The notes beneath the pieces were generated by a model that saw only the letters and a list, made by a program, of their open reading frames with translations, ran no database searches and was not told where the DNA came from. Both the position numbers and the translations under genes were made by a program. A stretch of 64,000 nt of DNA from an uncultured virus (IMG/VR IMGVR_UViG_3300032268_000759) (Duplodnaviria > Heunggongvirae > Uroviricota > Caudoviricetes), in the IMG/VR virus record IMGVR_UViG_3300032268_000759, positions 64,001-128,000 of that record; one strand, given 5' to 3'. Below are positions 56,658 to 64,000 of this stretch, one piece after another. The stretch's first letter is position 1; each line of letters starts with the position of its first letter.

Positions 56658-57710
56658 ATGAATAACAAATATTTACCATATCTAATATTATTTTGTGCGC
56701 TGGGACTTGGAGTCTCAGCCGCATATTACAGCATTGTAGGTTTATCAATGTTGTTTGCAGGTGTTGCTTTACCTGTAACAATAATGGCCTCATTTTTAGA
56801 AATATCTAAACTTTCAATAGCAACTTTATTACATAGATCTTGGAAAACATTAAATGGATTACTTAAAACATACCTTACAATAGCTGTAGTAGTATTATCT
56901 TTAATAACATCTGCTGGTATTTATGGACTATTAAGTTCAGGTTATCAAACAACAGCAAATAAATCTGGTATTATTGATCAAAAAATAAGTTCACTAGAAA
57001 GTAAAAAACAATCTTATGAACTTATAAAAACAGGTTATTTAACAGATAAAGAGTCATTAACAAAATCAACATCAGAGTTAAGAACAGCCTTATCTAAAAA
57101 TACAGTTTTGCAGTCTGTAGATAAAAAAGGAAATCTTATTACTCGAGAAAGTAAAGGTAATAGAAAAGTATTTGAAAATCAACTTACATCTTCTATTAAA
57201 GCAGAAGAAGTATTATCAGCTAAACTTGATGTTATTAATGACAGTATATTTAGTTTAGAGACCCAAATATTAAATATAAAAGCAAAAAATGATCTAGCTA
57301 ATGAGTTAGGTCCATTAAAATACTTATCTGGTCTAACAGGACAACCAATGGATAAAGTAATAAACTGGTTCATGATTATCATTATTTTAGTATTTGATCC
57401 ATTAGCAATAGCATTAGTTATAGCAGCAAATGCTTCATTTGAAAAGAATAGAATACCAAAAGAATATCCAATATCTGAATCTGAACCTGATATAGAACCT
57501 AAACCCATATTAATACCTCAAACACAAGAGGAAATAATGGAGAAATATGATACAAATAAAGATGGAGTATTAAGTGAAGAAGAAATAAGTAAAATACCTC
57601 CTGAATTACAACAAATGAAAGAATTACTTAGCCGCCCAGATATATCAGGATGGAGAAAAAATCGTATTAGAGAACAACTCCCTCCAGATGATAATGTAAA
57701 AGAATATTAA
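56658..57710 (+). CDS. Multi-pass membrane protein with coiled coil and EF-hand-like loop
   Basis: Three N-terminal hydrophobic helices, coiled coil, VFDPLAI helix, DTNKDGVLSEEE. Confidence 0.7.
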   Translation: MNNKYLPYLILFCALGLGVSAAYYSIVGLSMLFAGVALPVTIMASFLEISKLSIATLLHRSWKTLNGLLKTYLTIAVVVLSLITSAGIYGLLSSGYQTTANKSGIIDQKISSLESKKQSYELIKTGYLTDKESLTKSTSELRTALSKNTVLQSVDKKGNLITRESKGNRKVFENQLTSSIKAEEVLSAKLDVINDSIFSLETQILNIKAKNDLANELGPLKYLSGLTGQPMDKVINWFMIIIILVFDPLAIALVIAANASFEKNRIPKEYPISESEPDIEPKPILIPQTQEEIMEKYDTNKDGVLSEEEISKIPPELQQMKELLSRPDISGWRKNRIREQLPPDDNVKEY

Positions 57711-57713
57711 AGG

Positions 57714-57745
57714 TTTGGCCTCCCAATAAATCTTCATTATATTTA
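57714..57745 (+). promoter_or_regulatory. Bacteroidota-type promoter
   Basis: TTTG-N20-TATATTTA. Confidence 0.65.
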
Positions 57746-57749
57746 CATT

Positions 57750-58238
57750 ATGAATAAAGATATAAAAGAAGTACTTGATTATCTAGGTTATAAAATAAAT
57801 GTGGATGTTCCGGCTAAACCACCACATAGAGGTAATAATAAGTTTTATTGGTGGAGAAGATATCCAATTCATAAAGAATTACATAAATACCAACCAATTG
57901 AAGACAAATTAGCTAATGGTGATTTTAGTTATTCACCTTATTGGACTCAAGTTCAATATGAACAATATTGGTTAGCAGAAGCCATATCTAAATCAAAATT
58001 AGAAAAGGAATGGTGTGTTGAAAAAGAAAGAGAAGTCAGAACTATATACGCCAAACGTATAAATAAACTATCTGAAGATGCTATGAAAGATGAGTTTGAA
58101 CGTTTACAATCATTTAAACTTGACTTAAAACGTCAATATGGAGGTAAACAAGATGATGTTAGTGAGTTTGTAGATAAGTTTGAAGGCAGTTTGGAAGAAT
58201 GCGTTTTATTTTATAAATTATCAAAAAAGTTACAATAA
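57750..58238 (+). CDS. Hypothetical protein
   Basis: 162-aa ORF coupled to the next gene. Confidence 0.65.
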   Translation: MNKDIKEVLDYLGYKINVDVPAKPPHRGNNKFYWWRRYPIHKELHKYQPIEDKLANGDFSYSPYWTQVQYEQYWLAEAISKSKLEKEWCVEKEREVRTIYAKRINKLSEDAMKDEFERLQSFKLDLKRQYGGKQDDVSEFVDKFEGSLEECVLFYKLSKKLQ

Positions 58239-59026
58239 TGAAAATATCACATGAAGTACCACTCTCATTACTTGAGAAAAGTTTAATGTTTAATGATTAT
58301 CAGTACGTATTACCTCATTTAATAGACAAATATAATGAGTATAAACTATTTATGTTGAGGTATAGAGCTCAAGAAAACTCATTTATAATAATGGATAATG
58401 GTCTTTTTGAGGGAGTAACTCATACAGCTGAGGATTTAGTTGAGAAAATGCATTTAGTTAAACCTGATATTTTTATAACACCTGATGATTGGAATAATTC
58501 TCATGCTACATATAAAAATGCAAAATACTGGATAAATACTCTAAAGTCACAACTACCATCAACTACAAAATTAATGGTTGTATTACAAGGTAAAACAATA
58601 GAAGAGATAACTAATTTATATAATAAATGTATTGATTTAGGTTTTAAACACTTTGCATTTAATCATTCTTCAGAAGCATACCAACGAATATTTAATCATC
58701 CTAATAAGTTAGTTAACCAAATGATGGGTAGAATTGAGGTAATAAATTCATTAAGAAGACAAGGTCATATTTTAGATAATCATTATATTCATTTACTTGG
58801 AGCATCACTACCTCAAGAGTTTATTTATTACAAAGGTATGGAATGGATTAATTCAGTTGATACTTCATCTCCAATTATAAATGGTGCTTTAAATATACCT
58901 TATGAAGAGTATGGTTTGTTAACTAAGCCAACAAATAAAATTGAAGAGTTCTTTGAAGATAGTTTAGAAGAACAAATAGGAAATATTACATTTAATATAA
59001 ATAAGTTTAAAGAATATACTTCATAG
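58238..59026 (+). CDS. TGT-fold DpdA-like 7-deazaguanine DNA transglycosylase
   Basis: IMDNG, PDD, VLQG, IHLLG, SVDTSS motifs in TGT order; adjacent to the que genes. Confidence 0.65.
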   Translation: MKISHEVPLSLLEKSLMFNDYQYVLPHLIDKYNEYKLFMLRYRAQENSFIIMDNGLFEGVTHTAEDLVEKMHLVKPDIFITPDDWNNSHATYKNAKYWINTLKSQLPSTTKLMVVLQGKTIEEITNLYNKCIDLGFKHFAFNHSSEAYQRIFNHPNKLVNQMMGRIEVINSLRRQGHILDNHYIHLLGASLPQEFIYYKGMEWINSVDTSSPIINGALNIPYEEYGLLTKPTNKIEEFFEDSLEEQIGNITFNINKFKEYTS

Positions 59027-59042
59027 ATATATTAAAATATAT

Positions 59043-59115
59043 GCTCCGTTAGTGAAGCGGTCTAACACGCTACCCTTTCACGGTAGAGGCACGGGTTCGA
59101 TTCCCGTACGGAGTA
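59043..59115 (+). tRNA. tRNA-Glu (TTC)
   Basis: Acceptor GCTCCGT/ACGGAGT, anticodon arm CTACC-CTTTCAC-GGTAG, T arm ACGGG-TTCGATT-CCCGT; CCA not encoded. Confidence 0.93.
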
Positions 59116-59133
59116 CAAATATTTTTAAAAATT

Positions 59134-59169
59134 AAAGCTTGGCCAACCAGGCTTTTTTTGTTATATTAA
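59134..59169 (+). terminator. Terminator after tRNA overlapping a Bacteroidota-type promoter
   Basis: AAAGCTTGG-CCAA-CCAGGCTTT plus T-tract; CTTG(59138)-N20-TATATTAA. Confidence 0.75.
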
Positions 59170-59188
59170 TATTATAATAAAATAAGTT

Positions 59189-59407
59189 ATGACACAAACA
59201 CAATACATTTCACTTTACGATTATTTAGGTAAAGCAGCTGGACCTGAATTAGGTAAACAAGTAGCAGATTATGCTAAATTAAAAAAATTTCCTGTTCAAT
59301 TAAGGGAGGTTAATACAAAAACTTATAAAGGTAAAGTAATGCTTTATACTAAAGAGTTTTTAACAGAGTTTTTTCATGCTAAAAATATTTTTACATATGC
59401 AAAATAA
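59189..59407 (+). CDS. Hypothetical protein
   Basis: 72-aa ORF; SLYDYLGKAAG...Y.GKVMLY. Confidence 0.65.
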   Translation: MTQTQYISLYDYLGKAAGPELGKQVADYAKLKKFPVQLREVNTKTYKGKVMLYTKEFLTEFFHAKNIFTYAK

Positions 59408-60233
59408 AAAACATGCGGTTATAAGTTTAAGTGGAGGTATGGATTCCTCTACTTTATTATTACATTTATTAAATGAAGGTTATGATTGTACTTGTTTAAG
59501 TTTTGATTATGGTCAAAAACATAAAGTTGAATTAGAAAGAGCAGTTGAATTAGTGAAGTACATTAATGAATATTTTGTTGTAGATGAAGAAAGTAAAACA
59601 TTTGATTATCCATTTAACATTACTCATCAAATCATCAAATTAGATGGTTTAAGTCAATTACTAAACTCATCATTAGTTGAAGGTGGACATGAAGTGCCTG
59701 AAGGTCATTATGAAAATGAAAACATGAAGGCAACTGTGGTACCTAATAGGAATATGATATTTAGTTCAATAGTACAATCAGTAGCACTATCAATAGCTAC
59801 TAAACATAATACTGAATGTGTTATTGCTTTAGGTTTACATAGTGGTGACCATGCTGTTTATCCTGATACAACTGAACAATTTAGACAATCATGTTTAGAA
59901 ACATTCAAAATAGGAAATTGGGAATCACATTTAGTAGATTATTATGCTCCATATATGGAGACAAATAAATTTGGTATATTAGAAGATGGAGCCAAATGTT
60001 GTGAGTTCTTATGTTTAGATTTTGATGAAGTATATAAACGTACTAATACATCTTACAAACCATTTCCAAGTGGAAACAGTGATTACAAATCAGCATCATC
60101 AGTAGAACGTATTGAAGCATTTATTAAATTAGGCCGCCCAGATTCAGTTCAATATGAAGACGAATCAGGTCCTGTAAGTTGGGAAGTAGCTAAAGCACAC
60201 GTAGAAACAGTTTTAAACAATCATAATAAATAA
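59397..60233 (+). CDS. queC: 7-cyano-7-deazaguanine synthase
   Basis: SLSGGMDSS, FDYGQKH..E, VVPNRNMIF, YPD; start moved to ATG 59397. Confidence 0.92.
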   Translation: MQNKKHAVISLSGGMDSSTLLLHLLNEGYDCTCLSFDYGQKHKVELERAVELVKYINEYFVVDEESKTFDYPFNITHQIIKLDGLSQLLNSSLVEGGHEVPEGHYENENMKATVVPNRNMIFSSIVQSVALSIATKHNTECVIALGLHSGDHAVYPDTTEQFRQSCLETFKIGNWESHLVDYYAPYMETNKFGILEDGAKCCEFLCLDFDEVYKRTNTSYKPFPSGNSDYKSASSVERIEAFIKLGRPDSVQYEDESGPVSWEVAKAHVETVLNNHNK

Positions 60234-60234
60234 T

Positions 60235-60438
60235 ATGAAAAATCAATTAGAATTAACAAGAAGTTTTGGAGGAATAATATCAAATGATATTAAGAATTTC
60301 CAAAGTAAAGAACATATGCGTTCAGAACAAAAACATCTTAGAGCATACAAACAAGGTGTAAAATGGTTTACTAATGGAACCAAAGATGAAAAAACAAATG
60401 AAACTGTATATTTTAAAGTAGAGGAGAAGTGGAATTAA
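60235..60438 (+). CDS. Hypothetical protein
   Basis: 67-aa packed ORF. Confidence 0.6.
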   Translation: MKNQLELTRSFGGIISNDIKNFQSKEHMRSEQKHLRAYKQGVKWFTNGTKDEKTNETVYFKVEEKWN

Positions 60439-60439
60439 T

Positions 60440-60688
60440 ATGAAAACATTATTTTATTTTAGTGCACCATGGTGTGTACCATGCCAATCATTAGGTCCTA
60501 TTATGGATCAAGTAGCATTACGAGGTATTCCTGTAGAAAAAGTTAACATAGATTATGAAACAGATAGAACAGTAGCAGCAAATGTCACAAGTGTACCTAC
60601 AGTAGTATTAGCTCAAAATGGAGTTGAAATTAAACGATTTACAGGTGCTAAATCATTACAACAAGTATTAGACTTTTACAATAATTAA
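60440..60688 (+). CDS. Thioredoxin
   Basis: FSAPWCVPC, SVPT, RFTG. Confidence 0.9.
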   Translation: MKTLFYFSAPWCVPCQSLGPIMDQVALRGIPVEKVNIDYETDRTVAANVTSVPTVVLAQNGVEIKRFTGAKSLQQVLDFYNN

Positions 60689-60689
60689 T

Positions 60690-61151
60690 ATGAGTAAATT
60701 TCAATCAACAAAAGTATTTGATGGATACAGTTGTGTATTCCGTCAATGGAAAGCAGAAGGTACTCATTGTAGATTTCTACATGGTTATGGAGTATCATTT
60801 AGAGTATGGTTTGAAGGTGAATTAGATGAACGTAATTGGGTATGGGATTTTGGAGGCATGAAGCGTGCTAAAGGTACTATTGATGATATGAATCCTAAGC
60901 AGTGGATGGACTATATGTTTGACCATACTGTTATTATAGCAGATGATGATCCTTGTATTGGACTATTTAAGAAAATGCATGTTGAAGATCTTATACAGTT
61001 AAGAATAATACCAGCAGTAGGAGCAGAACAATTTGCAAAATATATCTATGAAAAATTAAATGTATTTGTTCAAGAAGAAACAGATGGTAGAGTTAAAGTA
61101 GCAAGAGTAGAATTTATGGAACATAGTAAAAATACAGCTATATATGAGTAA
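60690..61151 (+). CDS. queD: 6-carboxy-5,6,7,8-tetrahydropterin synthase
   Basis: HCRFLHGY, VWDFG, FDH, AE, V.F.E....A. Confidence 0.85.
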   Translation: MSKFQSTKVFDGYSCVFRQWKAEGTHCRFLHGYGVSFRVWFEGELDERNWVWDFGGMKRAKGTIDDMNPKQWMDYMFDHTVIIADDDPCIGLFKKMHVEDLIQLRIIPAVGAEQFAKYIYEKLNVFVQEETDGRVKVARVEFMEHSKNTAIYE

Positions 61152-61962
61152 AATAAGCACAGACAAGTTACTAATTAGTAGTGACTTTTATTCAGTTCAA
61201 GGAGAAGGAATTTCATCTGGTGTACCTTCATACTTCGTTCGTTTAGGTGTTTGTAATCTAACTTGTGGTATGAGTAGAAAATTCACTAACAACTTAGCTA
61301 AAGAACAAACATTACAAGATGGTGAAATATTTAAAGGTGATTTAGAATTAGAAGGTAAAGCAACTTGGACTTGTGACTCAACATCTCAATGGTTATGGAG
61401 AGGTGAAGATAAAGATTTTCAATATCTAATTGATCAATGGAAAGAACAAGGTATCTATGAAGATATTTTAGATGGTACTATCCATATTATTTGGACTGGT
61501 GGGGAGCCTACAATTAAACAACATCAAGAAGCTATTGCTAATTTTCATGAGTATTGGGGTGGATTTAACTCTTATGATGAAATAGAAACTAATGGGACAA
61601 TAGTAATTGATAGACCATTATTTAGATTACTTGATCAAATTAACTGTTCACCTAAATTATCTAACTCAGGTTTAGACGCTAAACAACGTATTAACCCAGA
61701 TGCTATCAAACGTATAATGGAACATAAGAATTATACATTTAAGTTTGTTATATCAAATGAAGATGATGTTAGTGAAGTATTCCGTGACTTTGTAATACCA
61801 TTTAATATACCACTTAAAAATGTAGTTTGTATGCCTGGTTTAGATAGTCAAACTAATTTTCATGAGCGCACTCAGTTTGTATTAGAGATGGCTAAGAAAT
61901 ATAAATTTAGAGGCTTAACAAGATTACATATCTCAGCTTGGGATAAAACATTAAACGTATAA
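61144..61962 (+). CDS. queE: 7-carboxy-7-deazaguanine synthase (radical SAM)
   Basis: FYSVQGEG, FVRL..CNL.C, TGGEP, EIETNGT, SPK, KFV, RLH. Confidence 0.9.
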   Translation: MSKISTDKLLISSDFYSVQGEGISSGVPSYFVRLGVCNLTCGMSRKFTNNLAKEQTLQDGEIFKGDLELEGKATWTCDSTSQWLWRGEDKDFQYLIDQWKEQGIYEDILDGTIHIIWTGGEPTIKQHQEAIANFHEYWGGFNSYDEIETNGTIVIDRPLFRLLDQINCSPKLSNSGLDAKQRINPDAIKRIMEHKNYTFKFVISNEDDVSEVFRDFVIPFNIPLKNVVCMPGLDSQTNFHERTQFVLEMAKKYKFRGLTRLHISAWDKTLNV

Positions 61963-61965
61963 ATT

Positions 61966-62214
61966 ATGAAAACTCGTATCCATGTCAACCAACATCACAT
62001 AAGATCTAATAAAACTAAAGGTACTAATCTTCCTGTTATAACAGTTAAACAAGGTAAGAAAAATACCTATTGTAATGAGGTTGAAATATTAGGTCCAAGT
62101 AAGATAATTTATGGTGGAAATGGATGTGATGCAAAACCTCTATTAGGATGTGGAGCAAGAGTAGTAATAGAAACAGAAGCAGAAGTAATAATAAAACCTA
62201 TCAATATTTATTAA
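61966..62214 (+). CDS. Hypothetical phage protein
   Basis: IHVNQH.I...PL..CGARV.IET. Confidence 0.65.
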   Translation: MKTRIHVNQHHIRSNKTKGTNLPVITVKQGKKNTYCNEVEILGPSKIIYGGNGCDAKPLLGCGARVVIETEAEVIIKPINIY

Positions 62215-62215
62215 C

Positions 62216-62464
62216 ATGAAACATATATTATATTTTTACAAAAATGGTTGTGGACCATGTGATGAGATAAAATCAGTTATAGATAAATTATCTGAAACTA
62301 ATAAAATAGATCGTATTAATATTAATGAGAGAGATACATTAGCTGATAAACTAAATATAATGTATACTCCAACTTTAGCAATTATTGATTCTGAAGCTAA
62401 AAGTATGGTTAAATATGAAGGTTCTAAAAAAATAAAACAGGTTATAAATGAAAATCTTATATAA
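62216..62464 (+). CDS. Thioredoxin-like protein
   Basis: CGPC and TPT motifs. Confidence 0.8.
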   Translation: MKHILYFYKNGCGPCDEIKSVIDKLSETNKIDRININERDTLADKLNIMYTPTLAIIDSEAKSMVKYEGSKKIKQVINENLI

Positions 62465-62972
62465 TAAAGAACAAATACAAACAGCTGTAAATAAAATAGC
62501 TTTAGAAATCCATAAAAGGCATTATAACGATCCAAACCCACCAGTAATGATCTGTGTGTTAAATGGAGCATTTATGTTTTTTACAGACTTAGTTAAAGCA
62601 ATAAATATTGATTGTGAAATTGATTTTATGAGAGCTAAATCATATGATGATCAACTTCAAACTGAAGTAGTTATAACTAAAGACATTGAAACTGATATAA
62701 CAGGCAGACATGTTTATCTAATAGATGATATTTTAGATTCAGGTAATACTTTAAGACATATTATAAAACATTATACTACAAATCCAAGAATATCTCCTGC
62801 TTCAATCACTCCAGTAGTGTTATTTAAAAAATGGTCAAGTGAACTTGATAATTGTTTATATGGCATAGAATTAATTAATGAATCCTGGTTATGTGGTTAT
62901 GGATTAGATGGACCTAATGGTTTAATGAGAAATAGAGATCTTATATTTGGCTTTGAGCCAGAAATTGATTAA
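62448..62972 (+). CDS. hpt: Hypoxanthine/guanine phosphoribosyltransferase-like
   Basis: CVLNGAFMFFTDL, KSY, LIDDILDSGNT PRPP loop, GYGLD. Confidence 0.88.
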   Translation: MKILYNKEQIQTAVNKIALEIHKRHYNDPNPPVMICVLNGAFMFFTDLVKAINIDCEIDFMRAKSYDDQLQTEVVITKDIETDITGRHVYLIDDILDSGNTLRHIIKHYTTNPRISPASITPVVLFKKWSSELDNCLYGIELINESWLCGYGLDGPNGLMRNRDLIFGFEPEID

Positions 62973-62977
62973 ATTAA
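62946..62977 (+). promoter_or_regulatory. Bacteroidota-type promoter upstream of folE
   Basis: TTTG-N20-TAAATTAA. Confidence 0.5.
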
Positions 62978-62999
62978 TATTATAAATAAAGTTATAAAA

Positions 63000-63635
63000 A
63001 TGAAGTTATTACCAAAATCAAATGGAAACGTTCCTCGTACGGAAGAAGAAATCGAGAATATGATTAAAGAAGCTACTGTACATTATGGTAAGTTCTTAGA
63101 AGCAGTAGGTTTTGATTATAAAGCAGATCCTCAAACTATAGATACACCTAAACGTGTTTCAAAAGCATGGTTAAAAGATTTGATTATAGGATCAGTATCA
63201 AATGAACCAAATATTACTACATTTCCTAATGAAGAAAACTATGATGGCTTAGTGGTACAAGGTGGAATACCAGTTACATCAATGTGTGCTCATCATAATT
63301 TAGCATTTACAGGTTACGCTACAGTAGCATATCTACCTGGTGAACAAGTAGTTGGTTTAAGTAAGTTAAATCGTATTGTAGAATGGTTTTCTCGTAGACC
63401 GCAAATGCAAGAGTCATTAACACAACAAATCCATAACTATATAGCTGAGAAAATGGATTGTAGTTCAGTAGCAGTAAGTATAGCTTGTAAACATACATGT
63501 TGTTCACATAGAGGTATTAAACATAATTCAGTAATGACTACTAATAAGTTTTCAGGTGCATTTATGGAAAAAGATAATTTAATCCGTGAGGAATTTTTAC
63601 ACGCTATTGAAAAAAATGGTACTAATCTTAAATAA
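63000..63635 (+). CDS. folE: GTP cyclohydrolase I
   Basis: TPKRV, SMCAHH, GLSKLNR, RPQMQE.LT.QI, H.C...RG. Confidence 0.95.
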   Translation: MKLLPKSNGNVPRTEEEIENMIKEATVHYGKFLEAVGFDYKADPQTIDTPKRVSKAWLKDLIIGSVSNEPNITTFPNEENYDGLVVQGGIPVTSMCAHHNLAFTGYATVAYLPGEQVVGLSKLNRIVEWFSRRPQMQESLTQQIHNYIAEKMDCSSVAVSIACKHTCCSHRGIKHNSVMTTNKFSGAFMEKDNLIREEFLHAIEKNGTNLK

Positions 63636-63638
63636 GAT

Positions 63639-64000
63639 ATGACAGATAAATATATACCGTACATCTCAGAAGTAGAAACATTTAATGCTACTATGGGTAA
63701 ACCAAATACTTATACACCTAACATCCCAGATGAAAAAGAATGGATGTTTGTATATAACTTTATTTTAGAAGAACTTGAAGAATATAAACATGCTTGTGAA
63801 ACTGGTAATATTGTTGAAGTATTAGATGCTTTATGTGATATTACTTATGTAGCGACAGGTAATGGTGTTATGCTGCATGGTTTAAAAGATCAGTTCCAAT
63901 CTGCATATGCTGAGGTACAAGCCTCAAATATGTCTAAAGCTTGTAAGACTGAAGAAGAAGCAATTGAAACTGTAAAAATAAGAAGTATAGAACAAGATAC
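63639..64000 (+). CDS. MazG-like/PRA-PH nucleotide pyrophosphohydrolase (partial, runs off window)
   Basis: Translation contains ILEELEEY...EVLDALCDITYV...EVQASNMSK. Confidence 0.8.
   Translation, partial: MTDKYIPYISEVETFNATMGKPNTYTPNIPDEKEWMFVYNFILEELEEYKHACETGNIVEVLDALCDITYVATGNGVMLHGLKDQFQSAYAEVQASNMSKACKTEEEAIETVKIRSIEQD

Noticed and set aside
699-63664. Minus-strand ORFs in the track (e.g. 7639-8142, 16297-16866, 33157-33834, 49333-49929)
   Set aside because: All lie antisense to well-supported plus-strand genes, show mirror-codon composition and have no recognisable motifs
1-64000. Stop-codon reassignment as seen in some Bacteroidota phages
   Set aside because: Core genes are full length in the standard code, TAG and TGA end genes at sensible positions, and there is no suppressor tRNA

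Overview
A 64-kb AT-rich, entirely plus-strand-coded segment of a large contractile-tailed phage with a T4-type head module. The host is most likely in the Bacteroidota, inferred from ten YTTG-N20-TAnnTTWA promoters, the lack of Shine-Dalgarno sequences, and D-(S/T)-(I/L/V) sequons in an exported protein. Gene order: putative head-internal proteins (55-4569), a small metabolic block, terminase, portal, prohead protease, scaffold, major capsid, PhoH, neck, fibres and lectins, sheath, tube, chaperone, tape measure, baseplate, then replication genes (family-A polymerase, gp32-like SSB, RecA-like, 5'-3' exonuclease, DnaB-like helicase, class Ia RNR). The window ends in a 7-deazaguanine DNA-modification cluster (DpdA/TGT-like, queC, queD, queE, folE, plus hpt and a MazG-like gene) with a tRNA-Glu. 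Two free-standing GIY-YIG endonucleases are present. The best candidate for an undescribed system is capsid cargo loading by peptide mimicry. Modular proteins carry N-terminal targeting-like leaders and (L/I/V/M)-x-E prohead-protease-like sites between modules. One carries two copies of the scaffold C-terminal peptide (RxQKLAG[IV]I), another a near copy of the predicted mature major-capsid N-terminus, and one payload is an ADP-ribosyltransferase-like domain. Other signals: a pervasive [ST]-[GAS]-S motif in virion proteins (possible modification sequon), a +1/-2 frameshift candidate in the tail chaperone, three structured intergenic RNA candidates, a recurring ATATTTAT late-promoter-like motif, and atypical QueC, QueE and polymerase motifs. 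All calls come from reading motifs and synteny by eye; no searches were run.
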